64,000 nucleotides of DNA, from NCBI GenBank assembly GCA_041659205.1, contig JBAZYS010000003.1, forward strand, positions 3,266-67,265, read 5' to 3'. The translations under genes and the position numbers were made by a program. This DNA comes from Minisyncoccota bacterium. GTDB taxonomy: Bacteria; Patescibacteriota; Minisyncoccia; Phycocordibacterales; UBA9973. Positions within the stretch are counted from its first letter, which is position 1; each line of letters begins with the position of its first letter. Below the pieces are notes generated by a model that saw nothing but the letters and a program-made list of their open reading frames with translations, was not told the DNA's origin and did no database searches. Below are positions 63,087-64,000 of this stretch, piece after piece.

Positions 63087-63093
63087 GGATTAT

Positions 63094-63609
63094 TTATTCC
63101 TTAACTAATATCATACCATAATGATGACCTCCTGCATCAATATCTCTATCAAAAACAAAGCCATTTTTCTCGAACATTAAACGAGCTTCATCTTTCGGAA
63201 TTATATTCGTGCCCCCCATGACTGATGATTCAGACCAATCAATGAGAAGTACCCTTCCTTTTATTTTAAGTATTCTTTTTACCTCTTCGATAAATTTTCC
63301 CTTATCTTCTACCTGAAAAAGTATATTTGAAGCAATTACCGCATCAACTACGCCATCCCCTATTTTCGTTCCACCCAATTTCTCCACATCTCCTAGAATA
63401 ATTTCAACATTATTTAGCTTTAACTCAAGTACTCTACTTTTTATAGTATCTAGGAAATCCTTCTGAAGTTCTACTGCATAGACTTTCCCCCTTCCGACTA
63501 TCTGACCTGCTGCCAAAGTATAAAAACCAGTCCCCGCACCCAAATCTGCTACGATATTATCTTCCCTTAATCCAAAAGCTTTTAAATTTTTTAATGGGTC
63601 AGTGAACAT
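63094..63609 (-). CDS. Class I SAM-dependent methyltransferase
   Basis: 171 aa; motif I VADLGAGTG, motif II KVYAVEL, post-I acidic residue. Confidence 0.7.
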   Translation of the reverse strand: MFTDPLKNLKAFGLREDNIVADLGAGTGFYTLAAGQIVGRGKVYAVELQKDFLDTIKSRVLELKLNNVEIILGDVEKLGGTKIGDGVVDAVIASNILFQVEDKGKFIEEVKRILKIKGRVLLIDWSESSVMGGTNIIPKDEARLMFEKNGFVFDRDIDAGGHHYGMILVKE

Positions 63610-63646
63610 ATTTTTTTATTTTTTAGGTTTTTACTAACAAGCTTTT

Positions 63647-64000
63647 TTACAAACAAGCAAGAGAAGCAATACCATCACCTCCTCGGAGACGCATCACCGT
63701 CACTCCCTGAGTCTGGCGACCAAGAGATGAAATATCTGAAAGAGGGGTGCGAATTACTTGTCCTTTTTTAGACATCGCTATCAACTCTACCTCTTCCCCT
63801 GTCAAAACCTTCGCCACTATTAGTTTACCAGTTTTTGCGGTAACTTTCGCTGTTTTTATACCCGAGCCACCACGTTTCTGAACTTTATATTCTTTCAAAT
63901 CTGTCTTTTTGCCGAAACCATTTGCACTCATCGTCAAGAATGCACCTTTCCCTGCAGCCTTCTTCACCACATCCACACTTATGACTTCATCAGTTTTAGA
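63647..64000 (-). CDS. gyrA: DNA gyrase subunit A, C-terminal beta-pinwheel domain (3' end of the gene; continues beyond the window)
   Basis: Repeats of the GyrA CTD blade (QKRGGSGIK..., GQVIRTPLSDISSLGRQTQGVTVMRL); frame open to 64000. Confidence 0.7.
   Translation of the reverse strand, partial: SKTDEVISVDVVKKAAGKGAFLTMSANGFGKKTDLKEYKVQKRGGSGIKTAKVTAKTGKLIVAKVLTGEEVELIAMSKKGQVIRTPLSDISSLGRQTQGVTVMRLRGGDGIASLACL

Overview
This 64 kb window is AT-rich, gene-dense, uses the standard genetic code (long intact ORFs, no need for UGA recoding) and has a housekeeping backbone typical of a reduced genome, possibly Candidate Phyla Radiation / Patescibacteria. The lineage call is inference from three observations: truncated AlaRS, DnaJ and IF-2, an archaeal-type AspRS, and families of VirB2/TrbC-like pilins.

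Recognisable content:
- Seven aminoacyl-tRNA and translation factor genes: aspS, trpS, cysS, alaS, infA, infB, typA.
- Replication and recombination genes: dnaB, recR, a 3'-5' exonuclease, and gyrA (3' end of the gene, running off the window).
- A ribosomal/RNAP block on the minus strand: infA-rpmJ-rpsM-rpsK-rpsD-rpoA-rplQ, then rplM-rpsI.
- The Hsp70 chaperone genes grpE, dnaK, dnaJ, plus clpB.
- A polyamine pair, agmatine deiminase plus N-carbamoylputrescine amidase.
- A two-component system.
- Five tRNAs: Tyr, Cys, Leu-TAA, Lys-CTT, Leu-TAG.

The most unusual feature is that the grpE-dnaK-dnaJ unit is split open by a co-directional array of poorly characterised genes. These are three divergent paralogs of a ~560 aa cysteine-rich multi-zinc-ribbon protein, two soluble FtsK/HerA-superfamily (VirD4/VirB4-like) ATPases, a membrane-anchored HExxH zincin, a GIY-YIG nuclease, a CutA gene flanked by 16 bp perfect palindromes, and a divergently transcribed PaaX-like regulator. 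No HrcA or CIRCE element is present. This chaperone-embedded ATPase + Cys-rich-protein module is the best candidate for an undescribed system.

Other notable items:
- Two families of small palindromic insertion elements that sit in-frame inside the cysteine desulfurase gene (RPE-like). One family is also found in an intergenic spacer and shows compensatory hairpin covariation.
- A cluster of five VirB2/TrbC-like pilin paralogs, including a 350 aa multi-module fusion with a Cys/Gly-rich tail.
- Two GC-rich islets that look horizontally acquired.
- A tandemly duplicated tRNA-Tyr leader plus 5' fragment.
- A ~600 bp GC-elevated non-coding region carrying direct repeats.
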